The notes beneath the pieces are model-generated. The model searched no databases. It was given only the letters and a program-made list of their open reading frames with translations, and was not told where the DNA came from. A DNA stretch of 64,000 bases, from contig JALUEE010000033.1 of assembly GCA_027053075.1 (NCBI GenBank), positions 45,781 to 109,780 of the forward strand, read 5' to 3'. This DNA is from a candidate division WOR-3 bacterium. GTDB lineage: Bacteria > Hydrothermota > Hydrothermia > B15-G9 > WFZT01. This document shows, one piece after another, positions 63,409 through 64,000 of the stretch. Position 1 is the first letter of the stretch. Each line of letters starts with the position of its first letter. The translations under genes and the position numbers were made by a program.

Positions 63409-64000
63409 ATGCATACCTACTTGCGTTCATCCTCTCCTTCTCTAACTTTAACGTAAAAACTCTTAAAAACTCCGATGATTTCATAAAACTCCAGGTGAAC
63501 GTTAACTTTAGCGGATATCCCCTCAAAGGTGATGGATTTGTGGTAGATAGCGCGGGGTATCCAGAGCTTCCTTTCTACTACGTGAAGATCGCTCTGCCAC
63601 CCGATAGAGATGTCTCCAAAATAACAGTTGAGCCCACAGGCTACGAATACAAAAAACTTAAGCCGCCGGTACCAATCCCTCATTACATCGATGATGGACT
63701 TACCCCAATTTACAGAGAAGGGGAGATTTATAAATCGTCCTCCATTTTCCCATCAAAAACCTGGTCTCTTGCTGGTGGCGGTTTCCTTAGGCATGTGCGT
63801 TATAAACTCATAAAAATCTACCCCTTCAAATATGATTTTGGAGCAAATCGGCTCATCGTAGTAAAGGGTTTTAATATCAATGTCTCCCTCAAGCCGGCAT
63901 CGAAGAGGTATGTAAAGTGGAGAGGGAAGGACAGCTTTGAAGCCCTTTACAGATATACGTTTCCAAATTACAGACCGGATTGGAAGGTGAGTCTGCCTTC
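63405..64000 (+). CDS. N-terminal part of a C25 (gingipain-like) peptidase, runs off the window
   Basis: Not in the ORF track because it is open-ended. The ATG at 63405 overlaps the Trm112 stop (ATGA). My translation is [20 protein letters not shown]...[17 protein letters not shown]...[18 protein letters not shown]. It resembles the C25 propeptide domain common in T9SS cargo of FCB bacteria. Confidence 0.55.
   Translation, partial: MNAYLLAFILSFSNFNVKTLKNSDDFIKLQVNVNFSGYPLKGDGFVVDSAGYPELPFYYVKIALPPDRDVSKITVEPTGYEYKKLKPPVPIPHYIDDGLTPIYREGEIYKSSSIFPSKTWSLAGGGFLRHVRYKLIKIYPFKYDFGANRLIVVKGFNINVSLKPASKRYVKWRGKDSFEALYRYTFPNYRPDWKVSLP

Noticed and set aside
1-64000. A search for CRISPR arrays, tRNA/rRNA genes, transposases, integrases and phage genes
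   Set aside because: No spacer larger than ~460 bp exists. I saw no tandem direct repeats outside the giant ORF, no tRNA-like T-arm or acceptor patterns in the spacers, and no DDE or tyrosine recombinase motifs. The window looks like core chromosome apart from the HepT/MNT pair.

Overview
This is a gene-dense, almost fully coding bacterial chromosomal segment with no rRNA, tRNA, CRISPR array or obvious transposase. Three proteins carry T9SS-type C-terminal sorting tails or a C25 propeptide. Together with K/E/I-rich proteins, GGAGG Shine-Dalgarno sites and a superoxide reductase/rubredoxin/flavodiiron cluster, this suggests a thermophilic, oxygen-sensitive member of the FCB superphylum; that placement is inference only. 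Contents in order: (1) a cellulose-synthase locus with a TPR fragment, a GH8 glucanase, BcsB, BcsA-PilZ, a BcsQ-like ATPase and three uncharacterised upstream genes; (2) leuBDC; (3) chrA; (4) a 2377-aa T9SS surface protein; (5) HIT, rlmI-like, fabD and ArsR-family genes; (6) RNase P RNA; (7) a stand-alone trpB2; (8) an APC permease, pdp and ispDF; (9) recG, a lipoprotein, a DUF62 SAM hydrolase, a DUF123 nuclease, xth and a DegT aminotransferase; (10) pnp-rpsO and rpsF-ssb-rpsR-rplI; (11) hppA, pth, rplY and prs; (12) a second T9SS cargo; (13) an oxidative-stress island with VIT1-ferritin, SOR, rubredoxin (missing from the ORF track) and a flavodiiron protein; (14) an eight-gene operon lipB-E1a-E1b-E2-VOC-dctPQM; (15) a HepT/MNT toxin-antitoxin pair; (16) rseP, an L7Ae-like gene, TauE and prfB without a frameshift; (17) a methyltransferase, an EndoQ-like nuclease, Trm112 and the start of a C25 peptidase. 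The most interesting non-obvious signals are listed below. First, a short Trp-codon-rich leader ORF runs into a GC hairpin upstream of trpB2, which is a candidate attenuator. Second, three unknown genes head the bcs operon. Third, an alternating A/B repeat array sits in the giant adhesin. Fourth, near-identical GC hairpins bracket rd-fprA. Fifth, the lipB-led 2-oxoacid/acetoin dehydrogenase operon is fused to a TRAP transporter and has no E3 gene. I found no clear-cut novel defence or mobile system. All functional calls rest on motif recognition by eye, without database searches.
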